Part shown: piece after piece, positions 1 to 9,246 of the stretch | Numbering within the stretch: the first letter of the stretch is position 1 | Layout: each line of letters starts with the position of its first letter | From: Candidatus Moraniibacteriota bacterium | GTDB lineage: Bacteria; Patescibacteriota; Minisyncoccia; Moranbacterales; DUUL01 | Direction of reading: 5' to 3' | Length of the DNA: 64,000 nucleotides | NCBI GenBank assembly: GCA_041596615.1 | Contig: JBFHIG010000001.1 | Coordinates: forward strand, 5,262 to 69,261 | Program-made: the position numbers and the translations under genes | The notes under the pieces: model-generated | The model's database searches: none | Told to the model about the DNA's origin: nothing | What the model saw: only the letters and a program-made list of their open reading frames with translations

Positions 1-1
1 T

Positions 2-1096
2 TCTGGAGCGGTTAGTGATATTGGTGGAGTAATCGAAACTTGTCGGGCTGCAATTGACGAAGCCGAGGAAATGGCTGGAGTAAAGGACGTTCCGAGAGCA
101 ATAATGGGAATCGCAGGGGAATTGGTAAAGGGAACAACAACAACTGTACATTATGAACGTGCAAAGCCCGAAATTAGAATTGATATGCCAGAGCTTAAGA
201 ATATAATTTCCAAAGTTCAATGGAAGGCCTTTGATCGGATTCGAAAACAATTATCCTGGGAAACTGGTCATAACGAGATTGATGTGGAGCTTATTAACGC
301 CGCGATTGTTAATGTTAAGATTGACGGTTATCGCATTTCTGATCCAATGGGATTTCAGGGACGTGATGTTTCAATTAGTGTTTTCAATGCCTATGCGCCA
401 ATGATGCATTTAGGAGCTCTGCATAAAATTGCGGATGAATTAAATCTGGACCTACTTTCTATTGCCGCAGAACCGTATGCAGTAGCTCAATCGATGGGTA
501 CTTACAACAATCCAGATTTTGGTGCAATTATTATTGACATTGGAGGGGGAACAACGGATGTTGCATTAGTTAGAAATGGTGGACTGGAGGGCACAGTTAT
601 GTATGCGCTTGGTGGAAGAGCTTTTACGAAAAGACTTGCTAGCTCTCTGAACTTGACATTTGAAGAAGCAGAAAAGCTTAAGATGAAATATTCCTTTGGA
701 ATGCTTTCTGTGGAGATGACCCAGCGGATTGATAAAATTTTTGAACCAGACTGTGAAGTTTGGGTTTCTGGGCTTGAGATTGCTCTGGATAGTTTTTCAA
801 ATTATGATCTTTTGCCACCAAGGATTTTGCTTTGTGGAGGCGGAAGTGGTTTGCCAGGAATTCAGAAAATTTTATCTAAGGGTGGGTGGATTGAGAATAT
901 GCCGATTTCTTCAGAGCCCAAAGTAAGTTTTATTCAGCCAAGGGATGTGGTTAATATTGTAGATCAAACGAAACAATTAAAGAGCCCTCAAATGGTTGCA
1001 CCAATGGGACTTGCAAACCTAGTTTTGGAACTTACAGGTGAGGAAAAAGTGCTTTCAAATGTGCTTGGAAAAGCTGTAAAAATAATACAAAATTAG
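2..1096 (+). CDS. ftsA: Cell division protein FtsA-like actin-fold ATPase, 5' end truncated by window edge
   Basis: Frame of ORF 71..1096 stays open back to nt 2. DIGGGTTDVALV and LCGGGSGLPG nucleotide-binding motifs. KIDGYRISDPMGFQGRDVSISV matches the FtsA pattern. Amphipathic C-terminal tail VLSNVLGKAVKIIQN. Confidence 0.7.
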   Translation, partial: SGAVSDIGGVIETCRAAIDEAEEMAGVKDVPRAIMGIAGELVKGTTTTVHYERAKPEIRIDMPELKNIISKVQWKAFDRIRKQLSWETGHNEIDVELINAAIVNVKIDGYRISDPMGFQGRDVSISVFNAYAPMMHLGALHKIADELNLDLLSIAAEPYAVAQSMGTYNNPDFGAIIIDIGGGTTDVALVRNGGLEGTVMYALGGRAFTKRLASSLNLTFEEAEKLKMKYSFGMLSVEMTQRIDKIFEPDCEVWVSGLEIALDSFSNYDLLPPRILLCGGGSGLPGIQKILSKGGWIENMPISSEPKVSFIQPRDVVNIVDQTKQLKSPQMVAPMGLANLVLELTGEEKVLSNVLGKAVKIIQN

Positions 1097-1126
1097 ATTT
1101 AAAATAATATAAAAGAAGGAAATTTT

Positions 1127-3427
1127 ATGCATAAGACAATTTACATTGATATAGATGAAGAAATAACCAGCATCCTCGATAAAATCAGAGATGAAGAATC
1201 TACTGAAATTTGTATTGTTGTTCCAAAAAATGCAGCATTGACACAAGGCATTATCAATCTTAAATTGTTGAAAAAAGAGGTGACTAAATATGGGAAAACA
1301 CTTCTTATCGCCACAAATGATCCTCAGGCAAGAAAGGTTATCAAGCGTCTTGAAATAAAAACCCAAGAAATTGCAGAGGCTGATTTGAAGAACAATAGGG
1401 CGTCTAAAATTGCTAAAACGAATGAAAACGAGGCAATATTAAAAAACATCAAAGAAGATGATGAAATTGTTGCAGAGAAAAAAAATATAGAAAATACAGA
1501 AGATAATCTCGAGGAAACAAAAGAAGTTACTAAAATAGAAAAGGAGGAGTTTGTAACAAGTGAAATTGGCTCAGAAAGCTTCTTTGATGGAGTTGCGCCT
1601 GCTTCAATTATGGAAGAAGAGAAGGGTGATGATGAGGGAGAAAATGAGTTTAGTGAAGGGCTTGATGAGAAAAATTTCATTTCACCAAGTGAACTTAGGA
1701 GTGAGTTATATAGCAAAAAAAAGACTGTTGTTGAAGGAGAAATTGCGAAAGGTGATTTTATTGGCACCAAATTTAGCCCTCTAAGAGAAATGCCCAACCC
1801 AGTTCCAAAAAATGAAATTGATGAAGGAGTTGTCTCAGTTGAAAAAGCCGCAATGATGGGTCGTCAAGCTAAAACAGTTAGGAAAATGAGTACTCCAGAA
1901 AAAGATGTTGCAAAAAATTTAGCAATTCCAACCTTGGCAACAACAGCGATTCCGAAAGGAGGAAAAACCGTTGTTTCTCGGCCAGTTGATTTTGGTTTAA
2001 ATCAGGAAATAAAGAAAAGAAATGTTGGCAGGAGTAACGGAAGCCAAAATTTTGATTTTGATATACAGAAAAAATCATCACAAGGAGAGGACTTTAAAGT
2101 AACAGAAGAGCTGAATCTAAAAGATTTTGATGAAGAAAGATCAAGAAAGGCCGAGGAATTTTTTGGAATAGAAAAAAGAGCGACAAAGGAAGTGGTTAGA
2201 GAAATGGAAAAAGAAGTAAAAAAAGTAGAAAAACAAATAGTAAATCATGGAGAAAGAGAAAGGGGGTTTTTTTCACGCTGGGGGTTTGTTATGTTTATAC
2301 TAATACTTTTCATTGGGGTTGGTGGTTTTGTTGCTTGGGGATATACTAACTATCCACAAGCTGAAATTGTTATTTATCCGCACAAGAAAGATTTCGATAA
2401 AGAAATTAAAGTAGTAGTGAAAGAGGGTGCGGATACGAGTGGTTTTGAACAGGGCATTATTCCGGGACAATATAAAGAAATGACAATCAAGAAGACCATG
2501 AAATTCAACGCGACAGGCGAGACGTATGCATCAGATGACGGAAAGGCAAAGGGCAAGGTGACAATATACAACAACTATTCAACAGAAGAGCAATCGTTAG
2601 TTGCAACTACAAGAATTCTTTCCAAAGAAGGAAAGCTATTCAGACTTGCCAAGAGCACTACTGTTCCAGGGATGGAGGGAGAGAAGGCCGGTACAGTAGA
2701 GGTTGCTGTAATTGCTGATCAGCCAGGGGAAGAATTTAATCTTGGATCTACGACCTTTACAATCGAAGGATTTAAGGGTAATCCTAAATATACAAAATTT
2801 GAAGTGAAATCTTTCGAGCCCATGGAGGACGGAGGTTCACCCGATTCAAATAAAAAGCTAGCAATGATTTCAGCAGATGATATAACCAGAGCTCGTGAGA
2901 AAACAATTATAGCACTAGATAAGGGCCTAGAAGAAGAGGTAAAGGCTCAGTTGGGCGGGGAAATGAGCGCAATGTTTGACTCTGTGGATAAAGAAATCGT
3001 AAATACCTCTTCAACAAATGAGGTTAATGATATTGCACAGAGCTTTTCTTATACTGTTGAGCAAAAAATAAAATTGGTTGCTTTTACAACAACCGATGTT
3101 AATTCAGTTGCTCTTTTGAAGGCAAAGGAAGATGTAGATGAGGATTACGAAATAGAAGAGTCGCAAAGCAAGATTACTTTCAAGAAAAGTATTACGGATT
3201 TTGAAAACAAAACAATGACCATGTACCTAGATGCCACATCAGTTGCTTGGCCAAAAATAGACACGAACCAAATTGCAGAAAGCATTGCCAAGAAGAAAGA
3301 GGAGGAGATTAAAACAGTTTTGCTTGGATATCCATCAATTGAGAAGATTGAGCTCTTGATAAAACCATCATGGTTAACAAGACTTCCAATTTCGAAGGAT
3401 AAAATAGCAGTGAAAGTCATCAAATAG
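1127..3427 (+). CDS. Hypothetical bitopic membrane protein: small N-terminal domain, long E/K-rich linker, one TM helix, about 370-aa outer domain
   Basis: 766-aa ORF starting 30 nt after the ftsA stop. Single hydrophobic span FVMFILILFIGVGGFVAWGY near the middle. No motif I can assign. Confidence 0.5.
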   Translation: MHKTIYIDIDEEITSILDKIRDEESTEICIVVPKNAALTQGIINLKLLKKEVTKYGKTLLIATNDPQARKVIKRLEIKTQEIAEADLKNNRASKIAKTNENEAILKNIKEDDEIVAEKKNIENTEDNLEETKEVTKIEKEEFVTSEIGSESFFDGVAPASIMEEEKGDDEGENEFSEGLDEKNFISPSELRSELYSKKKTVVEGEIAKGDFIGTKFSPLREMPNPVPKNEIDEGVVSVEKAAMMGRQAKTVRKMSTPEKDVAKNLAIPTLATTAIPKGGKTVVSRPVDFGLNQEIKKRNVGRSNGSQNFDFDIQKKSSQGEDFKVTEELNLKDFDEERSRKAEEFFGIEKRATKEVVREMEKEVKKVEKQIVNHGERERGFFSRWGFVMFILILFIGVGGFVAWGYTNYPQAEIVIYPHKKDFDKEIKVVVKEGADTSGFEQGIIPGQYKEMTIKKTMKFNATGETYASDDGKAKGKVTIYNNYSTEEQSLVATTRILSKEGKLFRLAKSTTVPGMEGEKAGTVEVAVIADQPGEEFNLGSTTFTIEGFKGNPKYTKFEVKSFEPMEDGGSPDSNKKLAMISADDITRAREKTIIALDKGLEEEVKAQLGGEMSAMFDSVDKEIVNTSSTNEVNDIAQSFSYTVEQKIKLVAFTTTDVNSVALLKAKEDVDEDYEIEESQSKITFKKSITDFENKTMTMYLDATSVAWPKIDTNQIAESIAKKKEEEIKTVLLGYPSIEKIELLIKPSWLTRLPISKDKIAVKVIK

Positions 3428-3456
3428 CTTAAATACAAAAGTTGTAACCTAAGAAT

Positions 3457-4482
3457 ATGGAGAATAAAAAAAAGCTAATCATTGAGCTGAATAAGAAGCA
3501 TTCGGAGATGTTTCAAGCACAGCGATTAGAAAGAGATTTGTACCTTTCAAATCATCCAACGAATGTAGTTGTTTTTAAATGCATGGATGGAAGAATCCAT
3601 ATGCCAACGGTAACGCGCACGCCACTTGGGATAATGAGTCCTTTTCGAAACATTGGAGGAAAGTTCAATTTAGGTTGGCCGTTATTAAATGAATCATTTG
3701 ACCAAAATATCAAGAAAGCTGTTAATAAAGGAAATCGTACTTTGGTTTTAGTTACCTATCACTATTCCGAAGGAGACCCGCACAGAGGGTGTGCTGGATT
3801 TGACTATAATTGTGAGGAGTCAAAAATATTTACAGAAAATTTTCGTAGACAGATTCTAAGAACCTATGGTGAAAACAATGGGGTTGTAATTCCTATTCTG
3901 GTGGGGCTGGAAACTGATAAAGACGCATTAATTTTTCACGGAGAAGACGGGAATATTGAAGATGTTTCAACCATAGCAGATGACTCAGAAAAAAACTTAT
4001 TCGCCATTTTTAGTAAACTTTATCCTTTGATGCCAGAGAGAATTTTAATGGACCTGATCCCTCTTGTGCAAGGGAATATTAAATGTATAGAGCAAAATAA
4101 AATCAAAGCAAAATCCCCTGATCAATTGGTGCATGGAGAGTGGGTTTTGGCTGTGGGCAAAGGATTTGACTGGTTGCACACTGCTAATATGGCATTAATC
4201 GTAGGTCCATATGACCCTAATATTGGTGAGCCAATAAAGACTGCTGCTGGGATAATCAAAACTAATTTAGAAGAAGGTAGGGCCGAGGGAGGAATGATTT
4301 TGCTTTCATCTGCTATTTATACCGATCCTGCCGAAAAGGTGAGAGCAAGGGAGAGAACTTTGTATATGAACGGCTTGACCCAGGAAATAATCAAAAAAAA
4401 CTACCCAGAAATGACCTCACAAATGCATTCCATGGCAGTTGTTTTGAATGCTTCTACAATGGAGATGCAAATTGTTGAATAG
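3457..4482 (+). CDS. Beta-carbonic-anhydrase-like protein, long divergent form
   Basis: N-terminal half shows the beta-CA zinc-site pattern: C-x-D-x-R (FKCMDGR), G..F.RN.GG (GIMSPFRNIGG) and H-x-x-C (HRGCAG). About 170 extra C-terminal residues have no recognisable motif. Confidence 0.45.
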   Translation: MENKKKLIIELNKKHSEMFQAQRLERDLYLSNHPTNVVVFKCMDGRIHMPTVTRTPLGIMSPFRNIGGKFNLGWPLLNESFDQNIKKAVNKGNRTLVLVTYHYSEGDPHRGCAGFDYNCEESKIFTENFRRQILRTYGENNGVVIPILVGLETDKDALIFHGEDGNIEDVSTIADDSEKNLFAIFSKLYPLMPERILMDLIPLVQGNIKCIEQNKIKAKSPDQLVHGEWVLAVGKGFDWLHTANMALIVGPYDPNIGEPIKTAAGIIKTNLEEGRAEGGMILLSSAIYTDPAEKVRARERTLYMNGLTQEIIKKNYPEMTSQMHSMAVVLNASTMEMQIVE

Positions 4483-4507
4483 AAAAAAGTCATCCAAAAA
4501 ACTAAAA

Positions 4508-4542
4508 AGGCGAAACCAAAAGTTAATTGGTTCGCCTTTTTT
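4508..4542. terminator. Bidirectional rho-independent terminator between convergent genes
   Basis: AGGCGAAACC / GGTTCGCCT stem with one bulge, A-run on the left and T-run on the right. Lies between the stops at 4482 (+) and 4569 (-). Confidence 0.7.
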
Positions 4543-4568
4543 CTTCACGTGGGAAGAGGTTTTTTATT

Positions 4569-5255
4569 TCACACAGCCCTTGGTGGCAACTCTCTGTTAA
4601 TAAGGTAAAAAAGGTTTCTTACATATTTACTGATAGAGTTGCCTTTCGGGCGAAAATCAGCTGATTGATTTTCAACTGACTTGTCAGCAATTTGCAAGAT
4701 ATTTTGAAATTGCTGATCATAGGGACCTATTAGACCAAGCCGGTAATTTAATCCAAGGATGAGAGCTAAATTTTCCCATCCATGTAAGCCAGCCATCCCA
4801 CTTATGTGGTTAATGATGCGAGTCTTACCAGACATAGGAATAATTTCAAAGATGAGTCGAGTTGAGACTCCGAATCGGTTATCGTTAAAACTGCAAAATT
4901 GATAAGAACAAACAAATTTAGTATAGATAATTTTCTGAGCCTCTTTCTCTGATAAAGCAAAGCATTTATTGGCAAAGGAAATGTTTGGAAAGCCCTTTCC
5001 AATTTTTTCATGAAAAGATCTGTAATGGGTGTATTGCTCATGGCGTTTCCAGAAATGCCAAACGGCTTGTTTTGTCAGATCCGTTGATGGTCTGTTGTTT
5101 AGAATTAATTGCAAGACCTCTTGTGTGGCAAGAAACCAAGCTAAATTAGAAACGGGTCTCCATTTTCTAAGTTTCTCGTACAATTCCGGTTCTTCCTCTT
5201 GTCTTATCTGAATCGGAGTAATTTTTGTTTTATTAATCGCAAATCTGCTTGGCAT
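4569..5255 (-). CDS. Hypothetical protein
   Basis: 228-aa ORF with no recognisable motif. Convergent with the upstream gene and followed by a shared terminator. Confidence 0.45.
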   Translation of the reverse strand: MPSRFAINKTKITPIQIRQEEEPELYEKLRKWRPVSNLAWFLATQEVLQLILNNRPSTDLTKQAVWHFWKRHEQYTHYRSFHEKIGKGFPNISFANKCFALSEKEAQKIIYTKFVCSYQFCSFNDNRFGVSTRLIFEIIPMSGKTRIINHISGMAGLHGWENLALILGLNYRLGLIGPYDQQFQNILQIADKSVENQSADFRPKGNSISKYVRNLFYLINRELPPRAV

Positions 5256-5379
5256 GATTTCCTCCGCCGAATGATTTTTAGTAAGTACTGTTTTTTGTTA
5301 TTTTACAATAAATGATTGCATTGGAATTTGATTTTGTCAATTAAATAGAGTCTATATATAGAATTATCACAGCAGTCTC

Positions 5380-5408
5380 TTGACATCTTAGTATATTTTA
5401 GCTATCAT
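5380..5408 (+). promoter_or_regulatory. Candidate sigma70-type promoter for the infA-rpmJ-rpsM... operon
   Basis: TTGACA (5380..5385), 17-bp spacer, TATCAT (5403..5408), about 160 nt upstream of infA. Confidence 0.5.
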
Positions 5409-5566
5409 AATAACTAGTAAAATTTTTTAGTTACAATTTAGTAGCTTTTGAGAACCAAAAGCGCATAAAGAAGGTGAAAGATGATGAATTCAAGACTTAG
5501 GATAGAGACGAAAAGAACCTTCGTTTTTTTGGTTGCTTAAATTTAATAAGTAAAATAATGGAATTT

Positions 5567-5779
5567 ATGGCGAAAGAGATAATCAAACTCGAGGGGGATG
5601 TTGTTGAGTTGCTTCCGAGTACAATGTTCCGAGTAAAACTTGAGAATGGTCATATCGTTCTAGCCCATATTTCCGGGAAAATGAGAATTCATTTCATCAA
5701 ATTAATGCCAGGGGATAAAGTCGAGATTGAAATGAGTCCATATGACCTAACTAAAGGCAGAATTACCAGAAGGCTTTAG
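5567..5779 (+). CDS. infA: Translation initiation factor IF-1
   Basis: [29 protein letters not shown]...LTKGRITRR is a typical S1-fold IF-1. An in-frame ATG at 5558 is an alternative start. Confidence 0.95.
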   Translation: MAKEIIKLEGDVVELLPSTMFRVKLENGHIVLAHISGKMRIHFIKLMPGDKVEIEMSPYDLTKGRITRRL

Positions 5780-5826
5780 TATGAGAGTCAGAAAAGAGCA
5801 AATATAATTTATTTTATTGCAAAAAG

Positions 5827-5940
5827 ATGAAAGTTCAAGCTTCAGTGAAAAAAAGATGTGACAAATGTAAAATTGTCAGAAGAAAGGGGATAGTATTTGT
5901 TATTTGTGAAATTAAAAGACACAAACAACGACAAGGGTAA
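5827..5940 (+). CDS. rpmJ: 50S ribosomal protein L36
   Basis: Not in the ORF track (37 aa). Hand translation gives [37 protein letters not shown]. Canonical position between infA and rpsM. Confidence 0.9.
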   Translation: MKVQASVKKRCDKCKIVRRKGIVFVICEIKRHKQRQG

Positions 5941-5973
5941 ACTTAATAAATCATTTAAATTCTAAATAAAAGT

Positions 5974-6363
5974 ATGGCAGTAAGAATTGCTGGTGTTAAC
6001 ATTCCAGATGAAAAGAGGATTGAAATTGCACTAACTTATATCTACGGAATTGGGCAAACAAAGTCTAGTAAAATTCTTGAGAAAGTTGGAATTGACAAAG
6101 ACATTAGAGCTAACCAGATTCCAGCAGAAGATCTTAATAGACTTCGAACTGAAATCGAAGGCGGAGATGTTCTTGAGGGAGAGCTGAAACGGCAAGTGAT
6201 GATGAATGTGAAAAGGCTAAGAGAGGTTGGTAGCTATAGAGGCTCTCGACATGCAAAGGGCCTTCCGGTAAGGGGGCAAAGAACGAAGACCAACACCAGA
6301 ACTGTTCGAGGAAACAAGAGAGCAACAATGGGAAGTGGTCGAAGATCAGTTGAAAAGAAATAG
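5974..6363 (+). CDS. rpsM: 30S ribosomal protein S13
   Basis: MAVRIAGVNIPDEKRIEIALTYIYGIGQTKS... is canonical S13. Confidence 0.95.
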   Translation: MAVRIAGVNIPDEKRIEIALTYIYGIGQTKSSKILEKVGIDKDIRANQIPAEDLNRLRTEIEGGDVLEGELKRQVMMNVKRLREVGSYRGSRHAKGLPVRGQRTKTNTRTVRGNKRATMGSGRRSVEKK

Positions 6364-6401
6364 TTTTCTATAATATTAATTGAATTTTAATAAAGCTTAT
6401 T

Positions 6402-6983
6402 ATGGCCGAAGAGAAGGATACAAAAACTACTCAGAAAAAAGTTAGCGAAAAAGTTTCAGAAGCCAAGGAAACTGTTTCTAAGACTAAGTCAACAAAAAAA
6501 GTTGAAAAAACTGAGGAATCAAAAACTCCGTCTAAAGACGAAGTAATGGAAGTAAAAGAAGTTGTAACTAAAAAAGAATTAGTAGAGGAAGTTGATGTTA
6601 CAGCTCCACTTAAGAAAAAGAAGAAATTGCGACGACAGATTCAAAGGGGGCGTGCATACATAAGGTCTTCATACAATAACACGGTTGTGTCATTGACAGA
6701 TCTGCACGGAAATCTTCTTGCATGGTCATCTTCAGGATTACTTGGGTTTAAGGGGGCAAAAAAGGCAACTACATACGCTGCCACTCAAGTTGCTGCTGAT
6801 GTTGATGAGAAGGTCCAAAAATATGGCCTTCGAGATATTGAAGTTTATATCAAGGGAATTGGTTCTGGAAGAGAAGCTGCTCTTAGAGCGCTAGCTCAGA
6901 AAGGATATGGAATTACAAAGATTAAAGATATGACTCCAGTTCCACACAATGGTTGCAGACCAAAGAAACCAAGAAGAGTTTAA
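6402..6983 (+). CDS. rpsK: 30S ribosomal protein S11 with an N-terminal K/E-rich extension of about 65 aa
   Basis: C-terminal 125 aa (GRAYIRSSYNNTVVSLTDLHGN...PHNGCRPKKPRRV) are canonical S11. The first ~65 aa are low-complexity K/E/T-rich. Confidence 0.9.
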   Translation: MAEEKDTKTTQKKVSEKVSEAKETVSKTKSTKKVEKTEESKTPSKDEVMEVKEVVTKKELVEEVDVTAPLKKKKKLRRQIQRGRAYIRSSYNNTVVSLTDLHGNLLAWSSSGLLGFKGAKKATTYAATQVAADVDEKVQKYGLRDIEVYIKGIGSGREAALRALAQKGYGITKIKDMTPVPHNGCRPKKPRRV

Positions 6984-7019
6984 ACCAGTTTAAAGAATTA
7001 TTAAAGATTTTAAATATAT

Positions 7020-7661
7020 ATGGCAAATCAAGCAAAGTCAAAATGTAAATTGTGCCGAAGAGCAGGTGAAAAACTTTTTCTTAAAGGAGATCGCTGTCTT
7101 TCACCAAAATGTGCTATGGTCAGAAAACCTTATATTCCTGGAGCACATGGAAATGCAGGAGGAGGCAAAGGACGAGGTCTGTCTGACTTCGGAAAACAAT
7201 TAGCTGAAAAGCAAAAATTGAAAAGAATTTACAGAGTTACAGAAAAACAATTTAAAAAGCATCTAAAAGAAGCTGAATTGCAACCAGGAGTTGTTGGAGA
7301 TAATTTGATTATTCGTCTTGAGTCAAGACTTGATAATATAATTTATCGTCTTGGATTTGCTGTTTCAAGAGCACAGGCGAGACAACTAGTAAGTCACAGT
7401 ATGTTTACTGTTAATGGAAAGGTTTTAGATATTCCATCGGCAATTCTAAAGGTTGGTGATGATATAGTTCTTAAATCACAAAAGAAAGGAAAGACATTCT
7501 TTCAGGAGCTTCAAGCTGTTCTAAAAAAGAAACACGATGTTCCCGGTTGGCTCTCTTTTGATGTTAATAATATGAGTGCCAAAGTTTTAGCTGCTCCGAA
7601 TAAGGACGAGTTAGGAACAGGCGTGAACGTTTCCTTGGTGATTGAATTCTATTCTCGATAG
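7020..7661 (+). CDS. rpsD: 30S ribosomal protein S4
   Basis: N-terminal Cys cluster CKLCRR...CLSPKC, an S4 RNA-binding domain, and synteny. Confidence 0.95.
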   Translation: MANQAKSKCKLCRRAGEKLFLKGDRCLSPKCAMVRKPYIPGAHGNAGGGKGRGLSDFGKQLAEKQKLKRIYRVTEKQFKKHLKEAELQPGVVGDNLIIRLESRLDNIIYRLGFAVSRAQARQLVSHSMFTVNGKVLDIPSAILKVGDDIVLKSQKKGKTFFQELQAVLKKKHDVPGWLSFDVNNMSAKVLAAPNKDELGTGVNVSLVIEFYSR

Positions 7662-7704
7662 TCGTTTCAATTATCAAATACAAAATAACTATTAAGTTAA
7701 ATCA

Positions 7705-8667
7705 ATGCTCTCAGTATCATTACCACAAGCTCCGCTTCACGAAGAATTAGGTGAAAACGCTGGTAGATTTGTTATCAAAGGATGTTATCCTGGATTCGGA
7801 ACAACATTGGGAAATTCCATAAGAAGAGTTTTATTATCTTCTTTGCCAGGAAATGCTGCAGTTTCAGTTAAGATCAAAGGAATTACACATGAATTTGCGA
7901 CAATTGATGGCGTAATGGAAGATGCAGTTCAGATTATTTTAAATCTTAAGAAAGTTAGATTCAGACTTCACGGAGTTACGGAAGCCACTATCTTTCTAAG
8001 TGTTAAGGGTGAAAAGGAAGTTACAGCTGCTGATTTCAAGACAACTTCTGAGATTGAAGTTGTAAATGAAGACCAAGCGATTGCCAGAACAACTTCACCT
8101 TCAGCCGAGCTAGAGTTAGAAGTAAAGGTTCAAAAAGGCTTAGGCTATGTGCCAGTTGAACAACAAGAACGGGAAGAGAAAGAAATTGGATCAATTGCAA
8201 TAGACGCTGTTTATACACCAATTAAAAGAGTTAATTTTGTTGTTGATAATATGCGTGTTGGAAAAAGAACTGATTTTGATAAGATTACTTTAGAAGTTGT
8301 CACGGATGGCTCAATTGCACCAGAAGAAGCATATGCTCAAGCAACAGAAATTTTATTGGAACAAGTGACTGCCGTTGCTAAGCTCGGAGAAGAAGTTGAA
8401 GAAGTTGAAGTTGAAGAAATTTCAGAAGAAGTTGAGGAAGAAAAAGATGTGAAAATACAAGAGGTTAATCTTGAGGAAACGCCAATAACCGAACTCGGTG
8501 TTTCAACAAGGACAATGAATGTTTTGGAGGCTGCTGAATTTGTGACAGTTGGACAAATTGCTGAAAAAACCGAAGAAGAGATTCTAGAACTTGAGGGAAT
8601 GGGAGACAAAGGAATCAAGGAAATTAAAAAAGCAATCGGAACTTTAGGTATAACACTAAAGTCCTAA
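7705..8667 (+). CDS. rpoA: DNA-directed RNA polymerase subunit alpha
   Basis: GFGTTLGNSIRRVLLSSLPG N-terminal domain motif, acidic linker, C-terminal HhH domain (LGVSTRTMNVLEAAEFVTVGQI). Confidence 0.95.
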   Translation: MLSVSLPQAPLHEELGENAGRFVIKGCYPGFGTTLGNSIRRVLLSSLPGNAAVSVKIKGITHEFATIDGVMEDAVQIILNLKKVRFRLHGVTEATIFLSVKGEKEVTAADFKTTSEIEVVNEDQAIARTTSPSAELELEVKVQKGLGYVPVEQQEREEKEIGSIAIDAVYTPIKRVNFVVDNMRVGKRTDFDKITLEVVTDGSIAPEEAYAQATEILLEQVTAVAKLGEEVEEVEVEEISEEVEEEKDVKIQEVNLEETPITELGVSTRTMNVLEAAEFVTVGQIAEKTEEEILELEGMGDKGIKEIKKAIGTLGITLKS

Positions 8668-8696
8668 CGAATAATTTAGAATAAGACTAGACATCA

Positions 8697-9224
8697 ATGA
8701 ATAAGAGAAAGAAAGGAAGAACACTATCTAGGTCAAAATCTCAAAGAGAAGCGCTCCTAAGAACTCTTTTGGTTAGTTTGACTGAATACAAGAGAATCGA
8801 AACTTCCTTGGCAAAAGCCAAGGAGCTTAGACCTTTTGCTGAACGGATGGTTACAAAAGCTAAAAGGGCTTTGCAGGGCGAAGATAAAAAAATGGCTATG
8901 ATTAGAGAGCTAAAAAAAGATCTTCCAACCAAAACAGTGATGGAGCTTTTGAAATTTGGAGAGCAATTTTCAAAAAGAGACGGAGGGTATCTCCGAATTA
9001 TTAAGAAAATGCATAGAAGAAGTGATGCCTCAGACAGAGCATTGGTAGAATGGGTTGAAGAGTTTAAAGAAGAGAAAGGAGAGTCGGTTAAGGCTGAAAA
9101 AAAAGAAAAGACTAAAGTTGTTAAAAAAACTTCAGCCAAGAAAGAAGCTTCAGAAGTCAAAACAGTAGAAAAGAAGGTCGAAAAAACTGAAGATGGTAAA
9201 GATAAAGAGCAATCAGACAAATAA
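8697..9224 (+). CDS. rplQ: 50S ribosomal protein L17 with a C-terminal K/E-rich tail
   Basis: SKSQREALLRTLLVSL...ETSLAKAKELRPFAERMVTKAK...GGYLRI is an L17 core. The last ~55 aa are low-complexity K/E-rich. Confidence 0.9.
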   Translation: MNKRKKGRTLSRSKSQREALLRTLLVSLTEYKRIETSLAKAKELRPFAERMVTKAKRALQGEDKKMAMIRELKKDLPTKTVMELLKFGEQFSKRDGGYLRIIKKMHRRSDASDRALVEWVEEFKEEKGESVKAEKKEKTKVVKKTSAKKEASEVKTVEKKVEKTEDGKDKEQSDK

Positions 9225-9246
9225 TTTTTTGAATAAGGATAATTTT

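Noticed and set aside
9193-9246. N-terminal 18-codon extension of rplM in the ORF track
   Set aside because: It overlaps the end of rplQ, and the L13 homology begins at the ATG at 9247.
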